Shown in pieces: positions 1-7,606 of a stretch of 55,355 nt of DNA. Source of the stretch: Gemmatimonadales bacterium (GTDB lineage Bacteria > Gemmatimonadota > Gemmatimonadetes > Gemmatimonadales > GWC2-71-9); assembly GCA_035712285.1 (NCBI GenBank), contig DASTBA010000104.1:1-55355 (forward strand). The letters run 5' to 3'. The translations under genes were made by a program, and so were the position numbers. A model generated the notes under the pieces. It saw only the letters and a list, made by a program, of their open reading frames with translations. It was not told the DNA's origin and did not search any database. Numbering within the stretch: position 1 is the first letter of the stretch; every line of letters starts with the position of its first letter.

Positions 1-2036
1 ACGCTGCCGGGCGGCGGAGTCGTGATGGCCAGCTTGGTGGCGGAGCCCGCCCCGATCACGATGTCGTTGGACGGCGGTGTGCCGGTGAGGCTCGGCCCGG
101 AGAACGACAGCGTGTAGGTCCCTGACGGACCCGAGATGGCGAGCCCGGAGAAGACTGCCTGTCCCGTGCCGGCCGACGTGAGCTTCGTCGCATTGGTCAG
201 GCTGCCGCCGGGCCCGGATGCGATCGTGGCCGTGACCTGGACACCGCCGGTCGTTACCGGATTGCCATTGATGTCCGCCAGCTGGATCACCGGCTGCGGA
301 CTGAGTGCCGCGCCACTCGTGCCGCTCGACGCCGGCTGGGTGGCAATCAGCAGCTTGCCCGCCGTGCCCGCGGCCGCCGATGCCGTGAACGTCACCGGAC
401 TGCCGGTGAGCCCCGATGCCGACGCGGTCATCTGGTTGTTCCCGCTTCCCGCCGTGGGCCCGAGCACCCAGTTCCCCACCGTCGCGATGCCGCCCGCGTC
501 GGTAGTCTGCGTGGCACCAGAGACGCTCCCACCGCCTTGCGTCACGGCGAATGTCACATTCACCCCGGCGATTCCGTTCCCCGATCCGTCCGTCACTTTC
601 ACCGACGGCAGCGGGCTCACGGCACTTCCGGCCGTGCCGCTCAGCGTGGTGGCCGAGTTGGCGGCGATCTGCGTGGCCGCGCCCGCCGACACGTTGAAGG
701 GATTGCTGGCAGCTCCCGAAAGCCCCGACCCCGTGGCGCCCAGCGTGTAGCCGGTGCCGGGCCGGTCCAGGGTGAGGGTGGAGAAGGTGGCCACGCCACC
801 CGACGCATTCACGGTCTTCGTGCCGCCGAGGGTGGCGCTTCCGGGGTTCGCGCCCAGGGCCACGGTCACCGCATTCGTCGCGGTCGAGACCAGGTTCCCC
901 AGCGCATCCTCCACCAGCACCGTCACCGCGGGGGTGATCACGCCGCCGGCAGCGATGGACGTCGGCTGCGACGAGAACGCCAGCTGGGCCGGTGCACCGG
1001 CCGAAAGCACGATGGCGCTGGATGGCGGTGTGCCCGAGATATCACCCCGGTTGGGCACCGTGAAGTTGAGTGTGTAGCTCCCCGCCGGCCCGCTGATGCC
1101 GAGATTCTGGAAGGTGGCGGTGCCGGCATTGGTCGATACAGTGACGATGCCGCTGAGCGACGAACCGGCCGGCCCCGAAGCGATCTGCGCCGCCACGCTG
1201 ATGCCGGACAGGTTCACCAGGTTCCCGTTGCCATCCTGGATCTGGACCTTCGGCTGCTGGACCAGGGGCAGCCCGCTCCGGCCGGTGGCCGAGGGCTGCT
1301 GGATGATGGCAAGCTGACCGGCAGAGCCTACGGTAGCAGTCGCGGCAAATGTGACGGGAGAGCCGGCGAGCCCGGTGGCGCTGGCGGTGGTGGACTGTGC
1401 CCCGGCCGTTGCCCCCAGGGTGCGCTTCACCGCGGAGCGTCCATCCGGCCCGGTGGCAACGGTGGGGGAGCTCACCGCCCCGCCACCGACCACCACCCAG
1501 GTGACCTCCACGCCTGCCACCGGATTCCCGTTGCCGTCGGTCGCCTTCACCACCAGTGAATCCGGCAGGGGAGATCCCGCCACCGCCGTCTGCGCGTCAC
1601 CCGATACCAGGGCGAGATTCGAGGCGGTGGAGGCACCTGCGGTCGCGGTGAACACCGCCTTGAGGGTATCGGGAGCGCCGTTGCCGGTGGGCTTCGCCAT
1701 CGCCTGCTGGGCACCCGCGGCCGGACCCAGGGTCCACTTCGCACCGGCTCGGCCATCGGCGTCGGTCTTGCCTGACACCGGCGAAACCGAGCCGCCGCCC
1801 GAGAGCACGCTCCAGCTCACCGGCTGGTCCGGCACCGGGCGGCCCTTCTCGTCCAGCACCCGGACCACCAGCGAGTCCGCCAGCGGCGCGTTCACGGTGC
1901 CGTTCTGGTTGTTGCCCTTGGTGATGGAGATGGTGGCGGCGGTGCCCTCGCTGGGCAGGACCACGTCGCTGCCGCCGCAGGCGGCGAGCGACGCGACCGC
2001 GGAGAGCAGGAGAACACGGCTGATGGCGGTATGCAT
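1..2036 (-). CDS. Ig-like (Big_1/invasin-type) repeat surface lipoprotein, 3' end beyond the left edge of the window
   Basis: Manual translation from ATG at 2036: MHTAISRVLLLSAVASLAAC-GGSDVVLPSEG (lipobox LAAC), then repeated ~95-aa Gly/Ser/Thr/Ala/Val-rich modules (D-x-x-G-x-P-V-x-G-V-x-V-x-W-x-V-x-x-G-G-G; QQP...D-x-N-G-N...G-x-Y-T-L-x-F); frame appears open to position 1. Absent from the ORF track because it has no stop inside the window. Confidence 0.9.
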   Translation of the reverse strand, partial: MHTAISRVLLLSAVASLAACGGSDVVLPSEGTAATISITKGNNQNGTVNAPLADSLVVRVLDEKGRPVPDQPVSWSVLSGGGSVSPVSGKTDADGRAGAKWTLGPAAGAQQAMAKPTGNGAPDTLKAVFTATAGASTASNLALVSGDAQTAVAGSPLPDSLVVKATDGNGNPVAGVEVTWVVVGGGAVSSPTVATGPDGRSAVKRTLGATAGAQSTTASATGLAGSPVTFAATATVGSAGQLAIIQQPSATGRSGLPLVQQPKVQIQDGNGNLVNLSGISVAAQIASGPAGSSLSGIVTVSTNAGTATFQNLGISGPAGSYTLNFTVPNRGDISGTPPSSAIVLSAGAPAQLAFSSQPTSIAAGGVITPAVTVLVEDALGNLVSTATNAVTVALGANPGSATLGGTKTVNASGGVATFSTLTLDRPGTGYTLGATGSGLSGAASNPFNVSAGAATQIAANSATTLSGTAGSAVSPLPSVKVTDGSGNGIAGVNVTFAVTQGGGSVSGATQTTDAGGIATVGNWVLGPTAGSGNNQMTASASGLTGSPVTFTASAAAGTAGKLLIATQPASSGTSGAALSPQPVIQLADINGNPVTTGGVQVTATIASGPGGSLTNATKLTSAGTGQAVFSGLAISGPSGTYTLSFSGPSLTGTPPSNDIVIGAGSATKLAITTPPPGS

Positions 2037-2042
2037 GGGCTA

Positions 2043-2048
2043 AAGATA
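2043..2048 (-). promoter_or_regulatory. -10 element TATCTT, 6 nt before the ATG at 2036 (leaderless-type promoter)
   Basis: Minus strand reads CATATCTT-tagccc-ATG; no Shine-Dalgarno motif. Confidence 0.55.
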
Positions 2049-2076
2049 TGCCGCCATCAGCAGGCCGCGAACTCCC

Positions 2077-2679
2077 CTACCGCTGCAGGGCGATGCCGAG
2101 CCCCAGCGTGCCGATGTGCTCGGTGTAGTCCTGCCCCAGATCCCCGTTCAGGCGATAGACGTTGAAGTTCGCAGTGGGAACCAGGTACACGCGGCGGCCG
2201 ATCCGGATGTCGTAGCCGAGACCGAGCTGGCCCGCGAATCCACCGTCGGTGGAGCGATTGCCGAAGTCATCCTCGATGCTGGACCCGCCCAGCCCGGCGC
2301 CGCCCTTCAGGAAAAACCCGGCCCGGCGCGCGGGATAGTACTGCGCCACCAGCATCAGCCCGCCCACCGTCTCGGTGATACCGTTCCGGTCATTCACCCA
2401 GGCGTTGAGCTCGCCGCCCAGGCGAAGATGCGGATTCACGGTCCCGCCCAGGCGGATGGCAAACTCCGGACGAGTCAGGGCGTCGCTGTAGCCAAGCCCG
2501 TCATCGTCGAAATTCACGCGCTCGCTGCCGGCGCCGATCTCGAAGACACCCCAGAAACCGTGCCGGCCCTCCTGGCCAACCTCACGGATGCCGGCTCGGC
2601 GCTGCTGCGCCTGAAGGGAAAGGAGTGGCAGCGAGAGCAACGCGGTGGCGATCGCTGCGCGACGGATGAGCGGGAACAT
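2077..2679 (-). CDS. Outer-membrane beta-barrel (OmpA-like/porin family) protein
   Basis: Signal peptide ending SLQA-QQ; alternating hydrophobic beta-strand pattern rich in G/F/Y (FAIRLGG, GFFLKGGAGLG, GQLGLGYDIRI, TLGLGIALQR); 200 aa. Confidence 0.75.
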   Translation of the reverse strand: MFPLIRRAAIATALLSLPLLSLQAQQRRAGIREVGQEGRHGFWGVFEIGAGSERVNFDDDGLGYSDALTRPEFAIRLGGTVNPHLRLGGELNAWVNDRNGITETVGGLMLVAQYYPARRAGFFLKGGAGLGGSSIEDDFGNRSTDGGFAGQLGLGYDIRIGRRVYLVPTANFNVYRLNGDLGQDYTEHIGTLGLGIALQR

Positions 2680-2848
2680 CGGGCACTCTCCCGGCGAGTG
2701 GTGAATGATGACGGATGCCGCCCGGCGAGGCGCAAGAGCCGGGCCCGGTCCGTCTCATCGCGCTATCTTGTTGCATGCTCACATCTTGTGGCAGACGCCG
2801 CCGATCGCCCATGACCGAATTCGTCCCGCCTGCCGGACACCCCGCCTG

Positions 2849-3535
2849 ATGCGCGCACGAGTCCTGGTGCCGCTGTTCGCGGTGCTGATTGCGGGGGTCT
2901 GCGTCCGGCTGGCCATCTGGCAGATCCATCGCCTGGACGAGCGGCGCGCGCACAATGCGCGTGCCCGCGCCGTGCTCGCGGCTCCACGTCAGGAGATCAC
3001 AGGCGCTGGTATCGTGGAACCCTACAGGCGGGTCCGCCTGTCAGGCCGCTGGGACTATGCCCACGAGATCATCCTGCGGCAGCAGACACTGGAGGGAACA
3101 CCGGGGCTGACGTTCGTGACGCCGCTGATCGTGGACAGCGCCGCGCGTGCCGTGCTGGTGGTCCGGGGGTTCGTCCCGTCGCCCGACGGCCTGTCGCTGC
3201 CGCCGTTCAGCACGCGGGAGGGCGATACGGCCACGGTGCTGGGCACCGCCCTCGCCCTGCCCACCCGGCAGGACCTCGGCCGCCCGCTCACGCGGAATGG
3301 CGTCACCACCTGGGCGCGTCTCGACAGCATCGCGATCGCCCGGCGGGTGCCGGTGCCGGTCATGGGGATCTACGTGGTCGAGGAGGAACTCCGGCCGCGC
3401 AACCACTTTCCCGAGCGGCTCACGGTCCCGCCACTGGATGACGGCCCGCACCTGAGCTATGCCATCCAGTGGTTTGCCTTCGCCACGATTGCGCTGGGCG
3501 GGGCGTGGTTGTGGATGAGGGGGCAGCGGTCGTAG
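2849..3535 (+). CDS. SURF1 family protein
   Basis: LAIWQIHRLDERR N-terminal motif, VLVVRGFVP, C-terminal PHLSYAIQWFAFA; start moved to ATG 2849, directly before the first TM helix. Confidence 0.9.
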   Translation: MRARVLVPLFAVLIAGVCVRLAIWQIHRLDERRAHNARARAVLAAPRQEITGAGIVEPYRRVRLSGRWDYAHEIILRQQTLEGTPGLTFVTPLIVDSAARAVLVVRGFVPSPDGLSLPPFSTREGDTATVLGTALALPTRQDLGRPLTRNGVTTWARLDSIAIARRVPVPVMGIYVVEEELRPRNHFPERLTVPPLDDGPHLSYAIQWFAFATIALGGAWLWMRGQRS

Positions 3536-3548
3536 GTCGTGGGCACGC

Positions 3549-3639
3549 TCCTCATCCTGAGGGAGCGGAGCGACCGAAGGATCTCCTCACCCGGCTCCGA
3601 ACATGACGGGTAGATCCTTCGCTTTGCTCAGGATGAGGA
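3549..3639. repeat. CGTC-type REP-like inverted doublet between convergent genes
   Basis: TCCTCATCCTGAG (3549-3561) / CTCAGGATGAGGA (3627-3639) and CGAAGGATCT (3575-3584) / AGATCCTTCG (3612-3621) are perfect inverted pairs; the right arm reads TCATCCTGAGCAAAGCGAAGGATCT on the minus strand. Confidence 0.8.
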
Positions 3640-3664
3640 AGACCTGCGACGTACGACCGGCGCC

Positions 3665-4939
3665 TTACGACGTCCCGGCCCCATCCATCTCCTGAATCGT
3701 CCTCGTGCTCGGCTGCGTGGTCTGCTGCAGGCGCGCCGCCACTGCCTCCGCCTGATGGAACGCCCGCAGCAGGTTGCCGCCGGCCAGCTTCTTCAGATCC
3801 GCATCCGACCAGCCCCGGCGGATCAGCTCGGCAAAGATCACCGGGAAGGTTGACACATCCTCGAGGCCCTCGGGGGTCTCGGAAATCCCGTCGAAGTCAC
3901 TGCCGATGCCGACATGATCCACGCCCGCCACGTCCCGGACGTGCTCGATGACGTCGGCGACATCCCTCACGGTGGCCTTCGGGCGCGGATGCGCGGCGTG
4001 CCAGGCGTCCCACTGCCGCTCCCGCTCGGCGGAGTCGGCCACCGGACGGAGGTCACGTCGGGCGGCATCGGCGGCACTCTCCCACTCCATCACGGTCCGC
4101 GACACGAAGCCGGGCACCACCGGCACCATCACCACGCCGCCATTGGCCTTGAGGCGCGCCAGGATCGAGTCCGGCACGTTGCGGGGGTGATCCACCAGCG
4201 CCCGCGCGCCCGAGTGCGAGAAGATCACCGGCGCCTGGGCCACGTCCAGCGCGTCGCTCATGGTGCCGGGCGAGACGTGGGAGAGATCCACCAGCATGCC
4301 GAGGCGGTTCATCTCCCGCACCACCTCCCGGCCGAAGGGGGTGAGCCCGCCGTGCCGGGCGCTGTCGAGGGCCGCGTCCGCCCAGTCCAGCGTGACGTTG
4401 TGGGTCAGGGTCATGTACCGGGCGCCCAGCGCGTAGTAGTCTCGCAGCGCACCCAGCGAATTCTCGATGGCGTGCCCGCCCTCCATGCCGAGCAGCGAGC
4501 CGATCCGGCCGCGCCTGAACTCGCGCTCGATATCGGCGGCGGAATACGCCGGGGCCAGCTTCTCCGGATACATCGCGATCATCCGCCGCGCGATGTCGAA
4601 CTGCTCCAGCTGCACCCGGGCGTAGCCGCTGTCGCGGATCTCGCCGGGGATATAGATGGACCAGAACTGCGCGCCCACGTGGCCGGCCTCGAGCCGGGCG
4701 AGGTCGGTCATCCCGGGCGTCGTCTTCCGGAGGTCATAGGCCGCCACGTCACGCGGATGGGTCTTGCTGTTCCGGATCTCCCAGGGCAGGTCGTTGTGCC
4801 CGTCGATGAGCGGCGTGGACTGGAGAAGCCGGATGGCGTGCTCCAGCGCGGGGTCGGGGGTCTGGGACATGAGAGGGGAGGTCAGGGAGGTCAGGGCGGA
4901 CAAGGCGGACAGGGCGGAAAAGGCGGACAGGATGCGCAT
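3665..4939 (-). CDS. Membrane dipeptidase (peptidase M19, renal-dipeptidase family)
   Basis: LIDGHNDLPW, LGMEG, VDLSH, FSHS, GIGSDFDG motifs; start set at ATG 4939 (MRILSAF...), alternative ATG 4870. The track ORF to 5314 is an over-extension across the YkgJ gene. Confidence 0.92.
   Translation of the reverse strand: MRILSAFSALSALSALTSLTSPLMSQTPDPALEHAIRLLQSTPLIDGHNDLPWEIRNSKTHPRDVAAYDLRKTTPGMTDLARLEAGHVGAQFWSIYIPGEIRDSGYARVQLEQFDIARRMIAMYPEKLAPAYSAADIEREFRRGRIGSLLGMEGGHAIENSLGALRDYYALGARYMTLTHNVTLDWADAALDSARHGGLTPFGREVVREMNRLGMLVDLSHVSPGTMSDALDVAQAPVIFSHSGARALVDHPRNVPDSILARLKANGGVVMVPVVPGFVSRTVMEWESAADAARRDLRPVADSAERERQWDAWHAAHPRPKATVRDVADVIEHVRDVAGVDHVGIGSDFDGISETPEGLEDVSTFPVIFAELIRRGWSDADLKKLAGGNLLRAFHQAEAVAARLQQTTQPSTRTIQEMDGAGTS
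4880..4934. repeat. 9-bp tandem array (6 units, e.g. GACAAGGCG/GACAGGGCG/GACAGGATG) encoding ILSAFSALSALSALTSLT
   Basis: Units read directly from the sequence; same unit family as 42514-42567. Confidence 0.8.
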
Positions 4940-4962
4940 GATGACTCGCGAAGGTGACAGGG

Positions 4963-5337
4963 TCAGCTCGGGCGGGACGGAGGCGCTTCCAGCGCGCGGC
5001 CGATCTGGATCAGCTCGGGCCGCAGGATGAACTCGGGACAGATGGTCTGGTCGAACTCGTAGGGGCCGCCGGTTTCCGCGTCGCGCCAGGGGAAGCAGCG
5101 GCAGACCTCGGGATAGTAATCGCGGTCGTGGATGATGCAGGTGTTGCCCTGCATGAAGGCGCAGCGGCCACCGCGGACGCGGGTGCGCCATTCGCCCCAG
5201 CGGGTCTGGTACACGTAGTCCCCGCCGAACTCCGCCAGGATGGCCGCCGCCTCGTCGTCGGTGACCGTGGTGCCCCAGCTGCAGCAGTTCGACTGATGCG
5301 GACAGGGATAGCATGGTAGCGATGGCAGGGCGCTCAC
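4963..5337 (-). CDS. YkgJ family cysteine-cluster (Fe-S/Zn-chelating) protein
   Basis: CxxC-x4-CC, CAFM-x4-CIIH-x6-CRCFP cysteine pattern; GTG start overlaps the upstream TGA (GTGA). Confidence 0.8.
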   Translation of the reverse strand: MSALPSLPCYPCPHQSNCCSWGTTVTDDEAAAILAEFGGDYVYQTRWGEWRTRVRGGRCAFMQGNTCIIHDRDYYPEVCRCFPWRDAETGGPYEFDQTICPEFILRPELIQIGRALEAPPSRPS

Positions 5338-6929
5338 CGGGGCCGGCCCACCACCTCGGGCATCGGCACCCCGTCCACCGGCTCGGTGGGCGTCACGCCG
5401 ATGGCTTTCGCCAGCGTGGGCCCGATGCTGGTGGTGCGGACCGGGCGGTCATACACCGCGTGGCGGATGCCGCTCCCCGCGATGACGATCGGAACCTCGA
5501 CATCGTGCAGCTCGGGCGTGCCGTGGTTGGAGAGTCCGCTCGACGACCAGATGAATTCCGGCCTGAGCACCGCGATGGCGAGCCACTGGTGGTCGGGCGG
5601 CACCTGGCGGCGCCAGCGCTGCGCGATGACATCCGATTTCGGGGCCCGGGCGAGGGTCTGCGGCGTATACGCGCGAAGCACCTGCGGCCGGGCCTCGAGG
5701 TCCCGTGCGATGGCGTTGCTCAGGCTGTCCACATTCACGCCGCGCGCGCGGAGCGCCGGCACATCCGCCGAGAGAAGCCCGTACTGCAGGTCGAAACCGA
5801 ACCGGGTCTTCCAGCGCCCTTCGAGTTCACGCCGGAGCCGCGGCACCAGGTCGCGGATCCAGTAGGCGTCCGCCTTCTGGTGCTTCACCTCGCGCGTGTA
5901 CGCCGGGATCGAGGGTGCGCCGTGGTCAGCGGAGAGGGCGAAGACCGTCCGGTTCCGGGGAACCATCGTGCCGAGCGAATCGAGGAACCAGCCGAGCCAG
6001 TGATCGAGGCGCAGCATCTGGTCGTGCATCTCGCGGGAGTCGGGCCCCCAGTCGTGCCCGATCTCATCGGTGGTGGAGAGGGATACCACGAGCAGGTCGG
6101 GTGCCCCGCGGCGGCCGAGGCGCAGCGTGCGCACGCCGTCGAGCGCGAGATCCAGCGTGAGCGAGTCCATCCAGGGCGAGCGAATGATCCGGCTCACGAG
6201 GTCCGCGCTGTCCGCGGGCATGACGTGCGGGAACGCGATGTCCTTGCCGCCGTTCTCGAAGGCGAACGAATCGGGCTCGGCGTAGCGCGCGGCCGGCAGC
6301 AGCGGCGTCCAGGCGGAGCCGGCGAGCCGCATCACCCCGCGGCGGGCGTTCCAGGCCTGCACCCAGGCCGGCAGGGTGTCGCGGTACCAGGTGCTGGTCG
6401 AGAAGGTGCTGTTCCAGGCGTACCAGAAGACGTTGGCGCGCGCGCGGCCGATCGGCAGGATGGCGCCACGATCCTTGCGGGACACCGAGAGTGCCACGGC
6501 ATTCGAGTCGCGCGCCAGCATCCAGTCGTACAGTTCGGTGCCGCGGAACTTGGCGGGCGAGGCGCCGTCGGCGCGGGGGGCACCGATGATCGGGGCCGAG
6601 GAGTCGGGAACGCCCCGGGCGTTGGAGACGATGTTGGTGCTGGCCGGCGGCCGGCCGGAAAGGAGCGTGGAGTGGCCGGGTGCGGTCTGGGTCAGCGCAT
6701 GATCCTGGCGTGCGTGGAGGAAGACCGCGCCGTGGTCATACAGCCAGCGCAGGCCACCGGTCAGGTCGCCGTGGAACCGGGTGAAGTAATCCGGCCGCAT
6801 CTGGTCCACGACGATGAGGACGACGAGATCGGCCCGGACTGGCGGGGCAGCGTGTGCAGACGGCGAGGATCCGGGAGCGGCAGCGAGCAGCAGTACCGCA
6901 CCGCACAAGGCGAGAAGTCGTGAACGCAT
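5334..6929 (-). CDS. Alkaline phosphatase superfamily protein, PafA-like (Thr nucleophile), secreted
   Basis: Signal peptide; IVVDQMR, TQTAPGHSTLLSG, SRKDRGAIL, STTDEIGHDWGP, LSADHG, NHG motifs. Confidence 0.88.
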   Translation of the reverse strand: MRSRLLALCGAVLLLAAAPGSSPSAHAAPPVRADLVVLIVVDQMRPDYFTRFHGDLTGGLRWLYDHGAVFLHARQDHALTQTAPGHSTLLSGRPPASTNIVSNARGVPDSSAPIIGAPRADGASPAKFRGTELYDWMLARDSNAVALSVSRKDRGAILPIGRARANVFWYAWNSTFSTSTWYRDTLPAWVQAWNARRGVMRLAGSAWTPLLPAARYAEPDSFAFENGGKDIAFPHVMPADSADLVSRIIRSPWMDSLTLDLALDGVRTLRLGRRGAPDLLVVSLSTTDEIGHDWGPDSREMHDQMLRLDHWLGWFLDSLGTMVPRNRTVFALSADHGAPSIPAYTREVKHQKADAYWIRDLVPRLRRELEGRWKTRFGFDLQYGLLSADVPALRARGVNVDSLSNAIARDLEARPQVLRAYTPQTLARAPKSDVIAQRWRRQVPPDHQWLAIAVLRPEFIWSSSGLSNHGTPELHDVEVPIVIAGSGIRHAVYDRPVRTTSIGPTLAKAIGVTPTEPVDGVPMPEVVGRPR

Positions 6930-6934
6930 GCCGG

Positions 6935-6940
6935 AAAGTA
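6935..6940 (-). promoter_or_regulatory. -10 element TACTTT, 5 nt before the ATG at 6929 (leaderless-type promoter)
   Basis: Minus strand reads gcTACTTT-ccggc-ATG; no SD. Confidence 0.5.
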
Positions 6941-6955
6941 GCGAGGGACCGAAGC

Positions 6956-7010
6956 GAGCTGAGCACTAAGGGCTGAAAGCTCTTGGCCTTCAGCCTTGAG
7001 CCCTCAGCCC
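6956..7010 (-). terminator. Imperfect 25-bp hairpin built of GCTGAGG-like heptamers, downstream of tRNA-Lys
   Basis: Arms 6956-6980 and 6986-7010 pair at 19/25 positions; three of the mismatches become G-U pairs on the minus-strand transcript. Confidence 0.5.
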
Positions 7011-7013
7011 GGA

Positions 7014-7086
<73 letters not shown>

Positions 7087-7112
7087 GGGTGGTACGCGGC
7101 GGACCGCGGCCA

Positions 7113-7184
7113 TAGCCCCAACGGGAATCGAACCCGTCTTTCGACCTTGAAAGGGTCGCGTCCTAACCGATAGACGATGGGGCC
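7113..7184 (-). tRNA. trnE: tRNA-Glu(TTC)
   Basis: GGCCCCATCGTCTATCGGTTAGGAC..., anticodon arm CGACC-CT-TTC-AA-GGTCG, GGTTCGATTCC; CCA not encoded. Confidence 0.97.
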
Positions 7185-7232
7185 GACTTCCCGCCTGCGA
7201 GTCCGGCGAGTGTCCGCCGGCTCTCCATGTCA

Positions 7233-7305
7233 TAGCGCTAACGGGATTCGAACCCGTGTACCAGCCTTGAGAGGGCTGTGTCCTAGGCCACTAGACGATA
7301 GCGCC
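7233..7305 (-). tRNA. trnE: tRNA-Glu(CTC)
   Basis: GGCGCTATCGTCTAGTGGCCTAGGAC..., anticodon arm CAGCC-CT-CTC-AA-GGCTG, GGTTCGAATCC; CCA not encoded. Confidence 0.97.
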
Positions 7306-7339
7306 GTGTGCCTGCCAAACCATCGCCGGTTCCCCGGAA

Positions 7340-7412
7340 CAGGCCCGGAGGGAATCGAACCCCCAACCCCCGGTTTTGGAGACCGGTGCTCTACCAATTG
7401 AGCTACGGACCT
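7340..7412 (-). tRNA. trnW: tRNA-Trp(CCA)
   Basis: AGGTCCGTAGCTCAATTGGTAGAGC..., anticodon arm CCGGT-CT-CCA-AA-ACCGG, GGTTCGATTCC. Confidence 0.97.
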
Positions 7413-7468
7413 TCGATCTTGCCGCCGTGGCACCGTCCCGTCAGGTCAGGCGCCGCGGCCCACGGAAG

Positions 7469-7543
7469 GGTGGCTGACGGGGTTCGAACCCGCGACCTCC
7501 TGAGCCACAGTCAGGCGCTCTAACCGGCTGAGCTACAGCCACC
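7469..7543 (-). tRNA. trnH: tRNA-His(GTG) with genome-encoded G-1
   Basis: G-GTGGCTGTAGCTCAGCCGGTTAGAGC..., anticodon arm CCTGA-CT-GTG-GC-TCAGG, C discriminator. Confidence 0.97.
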
Positions 7544-7576
7544 ACGCGGAGCAAACGGGCCCCGGCCAAGCGCGGG

Positions 7577-7606
7577 AAGATAAGACTTTGCAAACGGGTG
7601 GGTCAA
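7577..7606 (-). promoter_or_regulatory. sigma70-type promoter of the tRNA operon
   Basis: TTGACC-N18-TATCTT on the minus strand; the -35 contains the TGA stop of the upstream gene. Confidence 0.65.

Noticed and set aside
136-2043. Plus-strand ORFs 136-750, 537-1559, 754-1077, 1351-2043
   Set aside because: Antisense shadows of the minus-strand Ig lipoprotein; no SD, signal or family motif.
2779-2793. NrdR box (CACAAGATGTG on the minus strand)
   Set aside because: Only a partial match, spacing of 18 bp rather than the usual ~31 bp, and no nrd gene adjacent.
2849-3535. Cytochrome oxidase assembly locus around SURF1
   Set aside because: No cox/cta genes in the window; SURF1 is an orphan here.
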